Origin: an uncultured Acidobacteriota bacterium
GTDB taxonomy: Bacteria; Acidobacteriota; UBA6911; RPQK01; JAPXNP01
Reading direction: 5' to 3'
Assembly (NCBI GenBank): GCA_963777605.1
Contig: CAVZRV010000007.1
Span: forward strand, 960,001-1,024,000
DNA: 64,000 nt
Under the pieces are notes generated by a model. It was not told the DNA's origin and made no database searches. It worked only from the letters and a program-made list of their open reading frames with translations. A program made the position numbers and the translations under genes. Each line of letters starts with the position of its first letter. Positions within the stretch are counted from its first letter, which is position 1. Shown here piece after piece: positions 1-10,366 of the stretch.

Positions 1-70
1 GCTCTTCCGGGAGATTGGTCTGGTAGCTGAAGAGAATATTTTCCGGCATGTTGCGAGGTCATTATAATTT

Positions 71-838
71 GTGGCTGTGAAATGTCACTCGATAGGATTG
101 ATTGGTCTTGGGCGGTTTGGCGAGATGGCCTACCGGTACCTTCGTGAATGTGGTCCGCTGAAGGCATACGACGTGGATCCCGCTCGGATGGAGCGCATCC
201 CTGAGGCGGTGAGCCTGGAGGAAGTCTGTCGTTCGGAGGTCCTGGTTCTCTCGGTTCCCATTTCCGCAATGAAGGAAGTCTGCGGTTCCGTGGCTCCGTT
301 TCTGGGCGCCGGACAGGTCGTCATCGACACCTGCAGCGTGAAGGCGAGGCCGGTCCGCTGGATGCTGGAAGCCTTTTCTGAAGAGGTCGAAGTCCTCGGG
401 ACCCACCCTCTGTTCGGACCGGACAGCGGCAAGGAAGGAATCGCCGGCCTCAAAATGGCGGTCTGCCCTGCCCGGATTTCGGCCGGGCGATACGAGGCAA
501 TCTGTGCCTTTCTACGCCGGCTCGAGTTGGTCCTGGTCGAGGCGACGCCGGAGGAACATGACCGGCAAATGGCCTTGAGCCAGGCGATCTTCCACCTGAT
601 CGCCCAGGCGATGCGCCGGCTCGACTGGGGCGTCAAGCCCCTTTCCACTCCCGGCCCGGAAGCTTTTTACCGGCTCGTCAAGACCGTGCAGAGAGACACG
701 CCCCAGCTTTTCCTGGATATGGAGCAGGAAAATCCCTTTGCGGCGGAGTACCGGAAACTCTTCATCGACGAGATTCTGGCCATTGATCATGAATTACTCA
801 ACCTGAAACGAGACAAGGATGCCGGGAAAACTCCCTGA
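71..838 (+). CDS. tyrA: Prephenate/arogenate dehydrogenase (TyrA family)
   Basis: Rossmann GLIGLGRFG; DTCSVK; GTHPLFGP; EEHDRQMA. True start may be GTG 77 (TATAAT at 63-68). Confidence 0.85.
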   Translation: MAVKCHSIGLIGLGRFGEMAYRYLRECGPLKAYDVDPARMERIPEAVSLEEVCRSEVLVLSVPISAMKEVCGSVAPFLGAGQVVIDTCSVKARPVRWMLEAFSEEVEVLGTHPLFGPDSGKEGIAGLKMAVCPARISAGRYEAICAFLRRLELVLVEATPEEHDRQMALSQAIFHLIAQAMRRLDWGVKPLSTPGPEAFYRLVKTVQRDTPQLFLDMEQENPFAAEYRKLFIDEILAIDHELLNLKRDKDAGKTP

Positions 839-1490
839 GTTCAGTCGACGACAGAGGCTGGCCATCTTTCTCGCCAGTTGGGTGGGATGGGTGATGATCG
901 GAATCCTGAACGTGACTCTTCGGATGCGCGTGATCGGAGGAGAACAGCTGGATTCATTTCGCTTGGAGAAAAGGCCGGTGATTCTGGCCTGCTGGCACAA
1001 CCAGATTTTCAGCGCGACCTGGTTCTTCCGTCAGGAGGGAATTGCAGTGATCACGAGCCGGCACTTCGACGGCGAATATATTGCCCGTATCATCGAGCGG
1101 TTCGGCTTCAAAGCTGTGCGGGGGTCGAGTACTCGCGGCGGGGCACGGGCGGTCCTGGAAGTTCGGAAACATGTTGCAGAGGGCAGGATGATCGGGATAA
1201 TGGTGGATGGCCCTAAAGGGCCGCGCTACCAGGCGAAACCGGGGATCCTGTTCTTGAGCAGGATAACCGGGGCGCCGGTGGTGCCGTTTCATATAGAAGT
1301 AGAAAAGCGATGGGAGTTGAACAGCTGGGACCGTTTTCGGATTCCCAAGCCGTTCAGCCGGGCAGTGATGCGAATCGGAAACCCTATCTGGGTCACCTCC
1401 CCGGAAGATGGACGGCTCGACTCCTTTCAGGCGGAATTGGAACGCCTCGCACGGGAATGCGAAGCTGATATAGCCGGAATGCGCGCTTGA
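819..1490 (+). CDS. Lysophospholipid acyltransferase family (DUF374-like) protein
   Basis: [27 protein letters not shown] and [12 protein letters not shown] motifs. Confidence 0.85.
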   Translation: MPGKLPEFSRRQRLAIFLASWVGWVMIGILNVTLRMRVIGGEQLDSFRLEKRPVILACWHNQIFSATWFFRQEGIAVITSRHFDGEYIARIIERFGFKAVRGSSTRGGARAVLEVRKHVAEGRMIGIMVDGPKGPRYQAKPGILFLSRITGAPVVPFHIEVEKRWELNSWDRFRIPKPFSRAVMRIGNPIWVTSPEDGRLDSFQAELERLARECEADIAGMRA

Positions 1491-1545
1491 AGGTTGGATC
1501 GCAAAAGGAACCCAGCACCCAATTTCTGCATCTTTAGGTTTCCGT

Positions 1546-2100
1546 ATGCAAGAACTTATCAGACAGATGCTAGTCGAATTGGGCGAAGATCCGGAGAGAG
1601 AGGGACTGCTCGATACTCCGCGGAGAGTTGACCAGGCCCTGCGTTTCCTGACCCGCGGCTACCGGCAGGACATCAATGAGGTCCTCAACAACGCCCTTTT
1701 TACTGTCGAATACGACGAAATGGTGATCGTGCGGGATATCGAGATGTACAGCCTGTGCGAGCATCATCTGCTGCCTTTTTTCGGGCGTTGTCACGTAGGG
1801 TATCTGCCCAGGAACAAGGTCATCGGGCTGAGTAAGATCCCCAGGATTGTCGACGTCCTCGCCCGGCGCCTCCAGGTTCAGGAGAGATTGACCCAGCAGA
1901 TTGCCGAAACCATCCAGGATGCGATCAACCCGAGAGGGGTGGCGGTCATCGTAGAAGCTCAGCACCTGTGTATGATGATGCGAGGGGTGCAAAAGCGGAA
2001 CAGCACGATGATCACTTCAGCCATGCTCGGAAAATTCCGGGAGGATCAGAGGTCGCGGGTGGAATTCCTCGACCTGGTAAGGACAAAGTCGGTTCAATGA
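1546..2100 (+). CDS. folE: GTP cyclohydrolase I
   Basis: [35 protein letters not shown]. Confidence 0.97.
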   Translation: MQELIRQMLVELGEDPEREGLLDTPRRVDQALRFLTRGYRQDINEVLNNALFTVEYDEMVIVRDIEMYSLCEHHLLPFFGRCHVGYLPRNKVIGLSKIPRIVDVLARRLQVQERLTQQIAETIQDAINPRGVAVIVEAQHLCMMMRGVQKRNSTMITSAMLGKFREDQRSRVEFLDLVRTKSVQ

Positions 2101-3542
2101 TCGCTCGACTGGTCGGAAGGCACCTGCTGCTGAACAGATTCTTTCCGCTTCTGATCCTTTCCTTTGTCCTCTCGGGATGGGCGATGGGGCAGGAAGAGAA
2201 GCCGGTCGAGGTCAGCGACCAGCCCATCCGGGTTCGAGTTAACCTGGTCACCCTGCGGTTCAGTGTCCGCAACACTGAGGGAGCCTTCGTCAACCACCTC
2301 ACTCCCGACCAGTTCAGCGTTTATGAAAACGGTCAACGCGAAGACATCGCCTTTTTCGATCCGCCTCGCAGTGATGCCAGCTCACAGCGGACCCTTTGGC
2401 TGGCATTCCTCATCGATGTCAGTGGAAGCACTTTCGCGACGCGCGGTGAAGAAATCCTGGCTGCCCAGGCGTTTTTCGACAACGTCTATGATGTCACCAA
2501 GGTAGGTATCTTCGGATTTACCGACAAGCTGATGGTGTTCCAGGATTTCACTTCCGATCGCCAGAGTGCCCTCAGGGCGTTCGCCGCCGCCCGGGCCCAC
2601 CTCGGAAAGACTGCCCTCTACAGCTCGCTCGACAACCTGATGAAACAGATGACGGAACGGGCGGGGCCGAACGACCGCAAGGCCGTCATTCTGGTCTCAG
2701 ACGGGATGGACGACGAGTACCGGCAGGTGCAATCGACCGTTGCCCGGGCCCGCGAAAAGGGTGTCGTTGTCTACACAGTCTGGGTGCCTTCAGCGACCCA
2801 GCTGTACATCGGCCCGGCCGGATCGGGCAAGACCCTGCAACCCGACCGCGACGAGAAGGAGGCCGCGTTCGCCAACCTGGCCCTTCAGACGGGCGGGAAA
2901 TACTATGGAGGATTTGAGACGATTCTCGATTTCGACAATGTCCTGGCCGAAATCAACGAGGAGTTGTTCGGCAACCTTTACTCCGTCGGGTATTACACGG
3001 ACCAACCCTACCTGGATCGCACCGAGCGCCAGATCTCGATTCACATCGAAGACCCGGGTCTGACCGCCCACGGGATTTTCGAAAAGTCTCCCGACCGGGT
3101 GGAAGCGAAGCGACGCTATATCGCGGCGCTCTTCGACGAGGAGTCCCTGTCTGACGTTTCCGGCGGTAGCGAGGATTTCCGGGAGATCGGAGCCGACCTG
3201 GACGTCCTCAGACCCCGGTCCGACCGGGGAACGACAAGCCTGCCTTTCAGACTCAAAATCGCTTCTTTCTCCCTGCTTCGCAATGAAAGAGGCGGGGTGC
3301 GCACCCAGTTTGGGATCATCGGAATTTTGAGTGACCTCAACGGAAACCAGGTGTTCAAGCTGCGGGAGATTTTCAGGGCGCAGATCGATGCCAAGGACCT
3401 GCGCGACGGTCGCGGCGTCATCTATACCAACCGCGTGACCGCCCCCCCTGGAGACTACTTCCTCAAGATTGTTCTCCTGGAGATTCCGAGCTGGCGGATG
3501 ACGGTGCTCCGCCGTCCGGTTCGGATCACACCGACGCAATAG
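2097..3542 (+). CDS. Exported VWA-domain protein (acidobacterial VWFA-related type) with C-terminal extension
   Basis: ATGA overlap with folE stop; signal peptide; IRVRVNLV; MIDAS DVSGS; TALY; VSDGMD; TGG motif. Confidence 0.8.
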   Translation: MIARLVGRHLLLNRFFPLLILSFVLSGWAMGQEEKPVEVSDQPIRVRVNLVTLRFSVRNTEGAFVNHLTPDQFSVYENGQREDIAFFDPPRSDASSQRTLWLAFLIDVSGSTFATRGEEILAAQAFFDNVYDVTKVGIFGFTDKLMVFQDFTSDRQSALRAFAAARAHLGKTALYSSLDNLMKQMTERAGPNDRKAVILVSDGMDDEYRQVQSTVARAREKGVVVYTVWVPSATQLYIGPAGSGKTLQPDRDEKEAAFANLALQTGGKYYGGFETILDFDNVLAEINEELFGNLYSVGYYTDQPYLDRTERQISIHIEDPGLTAHGIFEKSPDRVEAKRRYIAALFDEESLSDVSGGSEDFREIGADLDVLRPRSDRGTTSLPFRLKIASFSLLRNERGGVRTQFGIIGILSDLNGNQVFKLREIFRAQIDAKDLRDGRGVIYTNRVTAPPGDYFLKIVLLEIPSWRMTVLRRPVRITPTQ

Positions 3543-4383
3543 ACTCGAGAACAGCGCAGCGGTCGATTCCCGCAAGATCCTGCTTCATTTGGCGTACACT
3601 CCAGCCCAGTTGCGCGGCCAGGGCAACAATTGAGGGACCCTGGCCATAGCCGAGTTCGACAACCAGGGGAGCTTCATCCAGCAGGAGGGTTCGGGCGGAG
3701 GTCAGGATTTCCCGGTAGATTTCCAGGCCCGAAGGTCCGGAGAAGACTGCTCCCGAAGGTTCAAAACGGCGCACGGAGAGATCGACCCGGGGGTCATCGT
3801 CAGCCACGTAGGGGGGGTTGGAGACGATGAGACTGACCGGGGATACGTCGGCGAATGGTTGGAGAGTGCGACCCTCGCGGAACTCGACCCGTGCCTCGAC
3901 GCCGTTCCGTCGGGCGTTCTCGCGGGCAACCTCCAGGGCGGCGGCGCTATTATCCCCGGCCAGCACGTGGCTGGAGGGAAGTTCACAGGCCAGCGATACC
4001 GCCAGGCAGCCGGAACCGGTTCCGACATCGATGATTCGGGGTTTCTGAACATCCTGCAGGAGTTCCAGGGAGGTCTCGACCAGAAGCTCGGTTTCGGGGC
4101 GCGGAATCAACACCCGCTCATCGACCAGGAACGGTCGTCCGAAGAACTCCTGGACGCCCTCGAGGTACTGAAGGGGATAGTGACCCGAACGTCGCCGGAC
4201 CAAGTCTCGAAACGACGCCGACACCGGATTGGGCACATCGAACTCGGGGTGGCTCAGCAACCAGGCACGGGAGCGTTCCAGAACCAGTTGGAGGAGTCGT
4301 TCCGCGTCGAGGCGGGCCGACTCCAGGTCGGCGTCCCGCAGGACCCGGGTTCCTTCCTCGAGGAGATCCTGGACGCGGGACAT
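3526..4383 (-). CDS. prmC: Release factor glutamine methyltransferase
   Basis: LIPRPETE, DVGTGSG, SNPPY; downstream of prfA. Confidence 0.95.
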   Translation of the reverse strand: MSRVQDLLEEGTRVLRDADLESARLDAERLLQLVLERSRAWLLSHPEFDVPNPVSASFRDLVRRRSGHYPLQYLEGVQEFFGRPFLVDERVLIPRPETELLVETSLELLQDVQKPRIIDVGTGSGCLAVSLACELPSSHVLAGDNSAAALEVARENARRNGVEARVEFREGRTLQPFADVSPVSLIVSNPPYVADDDPRVDLSVRRFEPSGAVFSGPSGLEIYREILTSARTLLLDEAPLVVELGYGQGPSIVALAAQLGWSVRQMKQDLAGIDRCAVLESIASV

Positions 4384-4392
4384 GGGGTTCGG

Positions 4393-5467
4393 TCAGGCGA
4401 TGGCCTGCTCCTTTAGGACTTCGGCCTGATAGTGGGTGATCAGTCCGTCGATGATGTCGTCCAGAGCCCCTTCCATGATTGTGTCGAGCTTGTGGAGGGT
4501 CAGGTTGATCCGGTGATCGGTAACGCGATTCTGCGGGAAGTTGTAAGTCCGGATCTTCTCGCTGCGGTCTCCGGTCCCAACCAGCGAGCGCCGGTTGGCC
4601 GCGATTTCCTCCTGCTGCTCGCGCTGGGCCTTTTCATAGAGTCGCGAGCGCAGGACTTTGAGGGCTTTGGCCTTGTTCTTGATCTGTGATTTCTCGTCCT
4701 GGCAGGTGACGACCTCACCGGTCGGGATGTGGGTTATCCGAACCGCAGAGTAGGTGGTGTTGACCGACTGCCCGCCGGGCCCGGACGAGCAGTATGTGTC
4801 GATCCGCAGGTCGTTGGGATCGATGTGAATCTCCACGTCGTCAACCTCGGGGAGAACGGCTACTGTGACTGCGGACGTGTGAATTCGGCCCTGGGCCTCG
4901 GTTTCGGGAACACGTTGAACCCTCTGCACGCCACTCTCAAACCGGAGACGGCTGAAGACACGGTCGCCACTGATGGAAGCAATGACTTCCTTGATTCCAC
5001 CGACGCCTGAATAGGTTGACGGAAAGAACTTCGGTCTTCCAGCCTTTTGACTCAGCGTAGCGGGAATACATGCGAAACATCTCGTGCGCGAACAGGGTCG
5101 CCTCGTCCCCACCGGTCCCGGCACGGATTTCCAGGATTACGTCACGCTCGTCGTTGGGATCTCTTGGGAGCAGGAGGACTCGCAGCTTCTCTGTGCACAA
5201 CTCCACTTTCTCTTCCAGCTCGGCAAGCTCCTCACGGGCCAGCTTCGCCATTTCCACATCCTCTTCATCGTGCAGGAGTTGCCGAGTTTCCCGAATCGAA
5301 GTATCGAGCGATTTGTATCGTCGGTACTCTTCGACGATCTCTTCCAGTTCGGAGTGGGCCCGGGCGGTGTTCTGAAACCGCTTCAGGTCTGAAACCAGGT
5401 TGGGATCGCTCAGCTGCCGGGACAGTTCCTCGTATCGTTCTTCCAGTGACGCCAGCTTCTGAAACAT
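4393..5467 (-). CDS. prfA: Peptide chain release factor 1, split by an apparent +1 frameshift near 5011-5030
   Basis: N-half ([11 protein letters not shown]) in ORF 4937..5467; C-half ([21 protein letters not shown]) in ORF 4393..5124; PET (PxT) motif marks RF1. Confidence 0.95.
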
Positions 5468-5479
5468 GGGCGGGGATGC

Positions 5480-5698
5480 TTATCCCTTTCGATTCAGGAT
5501 ATTCCCGAACTTCCGCTGGAAACGCTCCACGCGACCGGCGGTATCCACGAAGCGTTGCTTCCCGGTGAAGAACGGATGGCAGGTCGAGCAGATCTCCAGC
5601 CGGAGTTCGCCGCCCTTGGTCGACTTGGTTTCCCACTCAGCTCCGCACGCGCAGCTGACTTTGACAGTCTCGTATTGAGGATGAATGTCTGGTTTCAT
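5480..5698 (-). CDS. rpmE: 50S ribosomal protein L31 (zinc-binding type)
   Basis: MKPDIHP, CACG...[16 protein letters not shown]. Confidence 0.97.
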   Translation of the reverse strand: MKPDIHPQYETVKVSCACGAEWETKSTKGGELRLEICSTCHPFFTGKQRFVDTAGRVERFQRKFGNILNRKG

Positions 5699-5817
5699 AG
5701 TTGTTCAGTGACCTCGCTAAAAGTCGAGAGGACGTCAAAACCGATTCCGGCTCGCCTCGCAAAAGGATAAGTCTAGCAAAATCTGGTCTTCGGAGTCGAT
5801 CAACCTCTCGGATCCGC

Positions 5818-5847
5818 TTGACAAGCCATTGATCTGCAAGGTATAAC
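5818..5847 (+). promoter_or_regulatory. Sigma70-type promoter for rpsA
   Basis: TTGACA (5818-5823), 18-nt spacer, TATAAC (5842-5847). Confidence 0.7.
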
Positions 5848-6050
5848 GGGTTCTTTGAAAGTTTGGGGCAGATGGGAGCAGTCCGGGCGCTCGCCCGGTT
5901 GCTGATGAATTCAGAAGTTGTACCAATCGCAGAATTCCCTACTAACAGCATCATTCTCAAGATCGACGCTTGACCGCTGATGTTGCGCCCATTCGAGATT
6001 TCCGGCCGACGTTTGTCGGCCTGAAAAATTTCTTAGGAGGTTTTTGGTGA

Positions 6051-7835
6051 ATGACGCAAACCATTGAAAAGAAAGTGGATGAGGCAGCAGAACTGACGGC
6101 CGCTGCCAAACCCTTGATCGAAGATCAAGGTGAAGTGGATTTCGGCGCAATACTGGACGCTTATGACAAGAGCGTTCAGGACTTTGCCGAAGGTGAGGTG
6201 GTCAGAGGCAAGGTCCTGAAGGTTTCGGATGAGACGGTCGTCGTCGATGTCGGCTTCAAGTCCGAAGGAGTCATATCAGTTGGCGAGTTCCGCGATGAAG
6301 ATGGAAAAGTCAATCTGAAGCCCGGTGACAGCGTGGAGGTGCTCCTCGAGAGCATCGAAAGCGATGGGTCCGTCGTCCTCTCGCGCGAGAAGGCCGAGCG
6401 GATGAAGATCTGGGATTCCATTGAGAAGGCGTACGACGACCAATCGATCCTCAAGGGGCGTGTGATCGAGCGGATCAAGGGAGGCCTCGCCGTAGACATC
6501 GGTGTACGGGCATTCCTTCCCGGCTCCCAGATCGACATGCACCCGGTGCGGAACTTGGATAGCTTCAGGGGCGAGGAAATTGAAGTTCGGGTGATCAAGG
6601 TCAACAAGCGGCGCGGGAACATTGTCCTCTCGCGGAAGGCCGTCCTTGAGGAAGAGTACTACCGCCTCAAGGAAGAAACCCTGAAGACCCTGGAAGAGGG
6701 CAAGGTGGTTAGTGGAATCGTCAAGAACATCACGGACTACGGTGCTTTCGTGGACCTGGGCGGGATCGACGGACTGCTCCACATCACTGACATGTCCTGG
6801 GGCCGGGTCAACCATCCTTCAGACCTGTTCAAGATCGGGGACGAAGTCGAGGTCAAGATCTTGAAGTTCGATCGGCTCGAGGAGAAGGTTTCCCTTGGAT
6901 TCAAGCAGCTCACCGGCGATCCGTGGCTGAGCGCCGCAGAACGCTACCCGAAGGGTACGCGCGTCCAGACGAGAGTCGTGAGCGTGACCGATTACGGTGC
7001 TTTCGTGGAGCTCGAAGAAGGGATCGAAGGTCTCATCCATATCTCGGAAATGAGCTGGAATCGTCGTTTAAAGCACCCCTCGAAAATGGTCGAGGTCGGT
7101 GACGAAGTCGAAGCGGAGGTTCTGGAAGTGGATGCCGAGAACCGGCGGATTTCGCTTGGTATGAAGCAGACTGAGCCCAACCCGTGGGACTTGGTCGAAG
7201 AGTCCTACGCGATCAACTCGGTGGTCCACGGTATCGTCCGGAACATCACCGATTTTGGTGGTTTTGTTGAGGTCGAGGAGGGTGTTGAAGGTCTCGTTCA
7301 CGTTTCCGACCTGAGCTGGACGAAGAAGATCAAGCATCCGTCCGAGGTTCTCCAGAAGGGGCAGGAAGTGGAGGCGGTTGTCCTCAACGTGGACGCCGAA
7401 AACCAGCGGCTTTCGCTTGGCATCAAACAGCTCCAGCCTGACCTTTGGGAAGAGTTCTTCTCCCGCCATCAGGTTGGGGACGTTGTGCCCGGCACTATCA
7501 TCCGGTTGGCCAACTTTGGCGCTTTTGTCGAGATCGAAGAAGGGATCGAAGGTCTTTGCCACGTTTCAGAGTTGAGTACGCGGCGGATTGAGAACCCCGA
7601 GGACGAGTTCGAAGTTGGACAGGAACTCGAATTCAAGATAATCAAGCTGAATCTTCTCGAGCGTAAGATCGGCCTTTCCATCCGGGCCATGTCCGAAGAC
7701 GAAGGGGTCGAGGAGCGCTGGACCTACACGCCTGAAATGGCCACTACTTCAATCGGGGAGATCGCGGGAGCCCAGCTCGGCGAATTGAAGAAGAAGGCCG
7801 AGAAGGCAAAGGAGACCAAGGATGACGAAAGCTGA
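6051..7835 (+). CDS. rpsA: 30S ribosomal protein S1
   Basis: Six S1 repeats (AFLPGSQ, YGAFVDLGGIDGLLH, EGLIHISE); AGGAGG SD. Confidence 0.97.
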   Translation: MTQTIEKKVDEAAELTAAAKPLIEDQGEVDFGAILDAYDKSVQDFAEGEVVRGKVLKVSDETVVVDVGFKSEGVISVGEFRDEDGKVNLKPGDSVEVLLESIESDGSVVLSREKAERMKIWDSIEKAYDDQSILKGRVIERIKGGLAVDIGVRAFLPGSQIDMHPVRNLDSFRGEEIEVRVIKVNKRRGNIVLSRKAVLEEEYYRLKEETLKTLEEGKVVSGIVKNITDYGAFVDLGGIDGLLHITDMSWGRVNHPSDLFKIGDEVEVKILKFDRLEEKVSLGFKQLTGDPWLSAAERYPKGTRVQTRVVSVTDYGAFVELEEGIEGLIHISEMSWNRRLKHPSKMVEVGDEVEAEVLEVDAENRRISLGMKQTEPNPWDLVEESYAINSVVHGIVRNITDFGGFVEVEEGVEGLVHVSDLSWTKKIKHPSEVLQKGQEVEAVVLNVDAENQRLSLGIKQLQPDLWEEFFSRHQVGDVVPGTIIRLANFGAFVEIEEGIEGLCHVSELSTRRIENPEDEFEVGQELEFKIIKLNLLERKIGLSIRAMSEDEGVEERWTYTPEMATTSIGEIAGAQLGELKKKAEKAKETKDDES

Positions 7836-8097
7836 ACTCGTGGACGGGGTATCGAGAGCTTCGGGATTGAGTAAGAAGGATGCCGAGGTCATCGTTCAGA
7901 CCGTGCTGGACAGCATCATCGAGTCTTTACGCCTGGGGGAGAAGGTAGAGCTTCGCGGTTTTGGGAGCTTCCGACTCCGCGAGAGGGCTTCTCGACAGGG
8001 ACGCAACCCCAAGACCGGGGCCAAGGTCCATGTTCCTGCCAAGAAGGTTCCCTACTTCAAACCCGGCAAGGAGCTCAAGGAGCTGATTAATTCCTGA
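7822..8097 (+). CDS. ihfB: Integration host factor beta / HU family protein
   Basis: MTKAEL, ELRGFGSF, GRNPKTG, PYFKPGKEL; follows rpsA. Confidence 0.85.
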   Translation: MTKAELVDGVSRASGLSKKDAEVIVQTVLDSIIESLRLGEKVELRGFGSFRLRERASRQGRNPKTGAKVHVPAKKVPYFKPGKELKELINS

Positions 8098-8099
8098 GG

Positions 8100-8591
8100 A
8101 TGGACATCCTCTGGACTCCTTGGCGGTTCCATTACCTGAGATCCGCTTCGGACAAGGATGAATGCGTGTTCTGTCGGATTCTTTCCGACGGGCCGACCGG
8201 CGACCCGGAGCATTTCATCCTTGTCCGGGGCGTCCACTGCTTCGTAATCCTCAATCGCTTCCCTTACACTTCTGGCCACCTGATGGTGGTCCTCTTCCGT
8301 CACGTCGCCACCCTCCAGGACTGTACCGAGCCGGAACTCACCGAGATGATTCATTGGGCCCGGATCTGTGAGGGTTTCCTGCGCGAAATCTACTCTCCCA
8401 ACGGATTCAATGTCGGACTCAACATCGGCCATTGCGCCGGCGCCGGGGTGGCAGGTCACCTCCATATGCATGTGGTTCCCAGGTGGACAGGCGATGCCAA
8501 TTTTGTCTCTGTCATCGGGCAAACACGCACGATTCCGGAGGAACTCGAGGTAACCTACGCGAAATTGCTCCCGTACTTTCAAAATCGCTGA
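8100..8591 (+). CDS. HIT family hydrolase
   Basis: LWTPWR, CVFC, LNRFPYTSGH, HLHMHVVPRW. Confidence 0.9.
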   Translation: MDILWTPWRFHYLRSASDKDECVFCRILSDGPTGDPEHFILVRGVHCFVILNRFPYTSGHLMVVLFRHVATLQDCTEPELTEMIHWARICEGFLREIYSPNGFNVGLNIGHCAGAGVAGHLHMHVVPRWTGDANFVSVIGQTRTIPEELEVTYAKLLPYFQNR

Positions 8592-8809
8592 AATCGACCG
8601 AACGAGGCCTTCCAAAAGGCAACATTCCAAGCCCTCCCGTGCAAACCCACGTAAGTGTCAGAAATCTTCTCAAATCGCACGCAAACATTGACTCCCACTT
8701 GAGGACTATTGGCCTAATCCCCTGCGCAACAAGCAGAATTCAGATCGTTCAAGAAAGGTCATTGAAGAACCCGGGAACGCGTGCTACGGTAGTCGCCGAC
8801 TAGTCGAAC

Positions 8810-8895
8810 CCATCCACTTATCCCAGCACGCGGGGCGGGGATTTCCACATCCTGTGGAAAACGTGTGGATGGTTTCGGCTTTCTTTTTCTTAGGG
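8810..8895. promoter_or_regulatory. DnaA-box cluster (probable oriC or dnaA autoregulatory region)
   Basis: Imperfect boxes ATTTCCACA (8841-8849), TGTGGAAAA (8853-8861), TGTGGATGG (8864-8872), followed by a T-rich stretch, directly upstream of dnaA. Confidence 0.55.
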
Positions 8896-8995
8896 TGCAA
8901 AACTGTTGATGTTGGGGGTCGCGGTGAAGAGAGAGAGTGGAAGCGCCAGTTCAATCGCCGCGTCTTTTGGAGTTGAGGGGGAGAGCGCGATAAAC

Positions 8996-10327
8996 ATGGA
9001 TGTTTGGGAGAGGATTCTGAAACGTGTGGCCGAAAAGGTATCGGATCAGAATTTTGACATTTGGTTCCGGCCAACCACGCTTCGCGAATTCGACCCCTCC
9101 ACCAAGAAGCTGCAGGTGTGGGTTCCCAATCGTCATTTTCGGTACTGGCTTGGGGAGAACTACCGGGATGTCCTGGGGGAGACGCTGAAAGAGCTTGACC
9201 ACCAGGATGTCGAGGTCGAGTTCTCGGTAGTCGGGGAGGACGGGGAAACGCTGGTAGAGACGCAGGAAGGGTCTACCCGGGGGGCTCCCGGCTCGCGCAA
9301 CGGCCAACCTCCACCCAGTCTGAACCCGAAATACTCCTTCGCCAGTTTTGTTGTCGGCCGATCGAACCAGTTCGCACATGCTGCTGCGCTTGCCGTCGCC
9401 GAACAGCCTTCTTGTGCATACAACCCGTTGTTTATCTACGGCGGGGTGGGGCTCGGCAAGACCCACCTGATGCATGCCATTGGGCAGCGCATCCTCCAGG
9501 AGCGGAGCCAGGCCAGGCTGACCTACATGTCGGCTGAACGGTTTATGAATGAGTTGATCCACTCAATCCGTTACGATCGCATGATCCAGTTCCGGGACAA
9601 GTACCGGAATATAGATGTGCTGCTGATGGACGATATTCAGTTCTTGGCCGGAAAAGATCGTACCCAGGAGGAGTTTTTCCACACCTTCAATGCCCTCTAT
9701 GACGGGCACAAGCAGATCATCATTTCCAGCGATTCTCCCCCCAAGGAAATCCCGACGCTGGAAGAGCGCCTGCACAGCCGGTTCGACTGGGGATTGATTG
9801 CCGACATCCAACCGCCGGACCTCGAGACCAAGATTGCAATTCTGAAGCGAAAGGCCGAAGTCCACGGCATCTATCTTCCGGACGAAGTAGTCCTGTTTAT
9901 CGCGGGAAACATCAAGTCCAACATTCGGGAACTGGAGGGAGCGCTGGTTCGCCTGATGGCATACAGCAGCCTGACGGGTGAGCGGATGGACATGGGACTC
10001 GCGAACCGGGTGCTGCGAAATATTGTGGAAAACAGCGTCCGCGTGATTACAATTGAGCAGATACAGAAAATGGTGGCCGAGCACTACTCCTTGAAAGTTT
10101 CGGATTTGAAGGCGAAGAACAATGCGCGTCGAGTAGCGGAACCGAGGCAGTTGGCCATGTTTCTGACCAAGGAGCTGACTAAAAACTCTCTTTCCGAGAT
10201 TGGAAAAGAGTTCGGAGGGAAGCACCATACGACGGTCCTCCACGCGATTAGAAAGGTCGATGAACTGCAGAAGACGGATCAAAACCTTCGCGCAACGATC
10301 GAGCGACTCAAAGAGGCCATCTCTTAG
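8996..10327 (+). CDS. dnaA: Chromosomal replication initiator DnaA
   Basis: YNPLFIYGGVGLGKTHL, DDIQF, QEEFFHTFN, HTTVLHA; ATG 8996 chosen. Confidence 0.98.
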   Translation: MDVWERILKRVAEKVSDQNFDIWFRPTTLREFDPSTKKLQVWVPNRHFRYWLGENYRDVLGETLKELDHQDVEVEFSVVGEDGETLVETQEGSTRGAPGSRNGQPPPSLNPKYSFASFVVGRSNQFAHAAALAVAEQPSCAYNPLFIYGGVGLGKTHLMHAIGQRILQERSQARLTYMSAERFMNELIHSIRYDRMIQFRDKYRNIDVLLMDDIQFLAGKDRTQEEFFHTFNALYDGHKQIIISSDSPPKEIPTLEERLHSRFDWGLIADIQPPDLETKIAILKRKAEVHGIYLPDEVVLFIAGNIKSNIRELEGALVRLMAYSSLTGERMDMGLANRVLRNIVENSVRVITIEQIQKMVAEHYSLKVSDLKAKNNARRVAEPRQLAMFLTKELTKNSLSEIGKEFGGKHHTTVLHAIRKVDELQKTDQNLRATIERLKEAIS

Positions 10328-10366
10328 GGTGGGGACGTTCACAATCAAAAGGGGTGAGGAGCGATT

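Noticed and set aside
4937-5124. prfB-type programmed frameshift or RF2 identity
   Set aside because: PxT motif and rpmE-prfA-prmC context indicate RF1; there is no CTT-TGA site.
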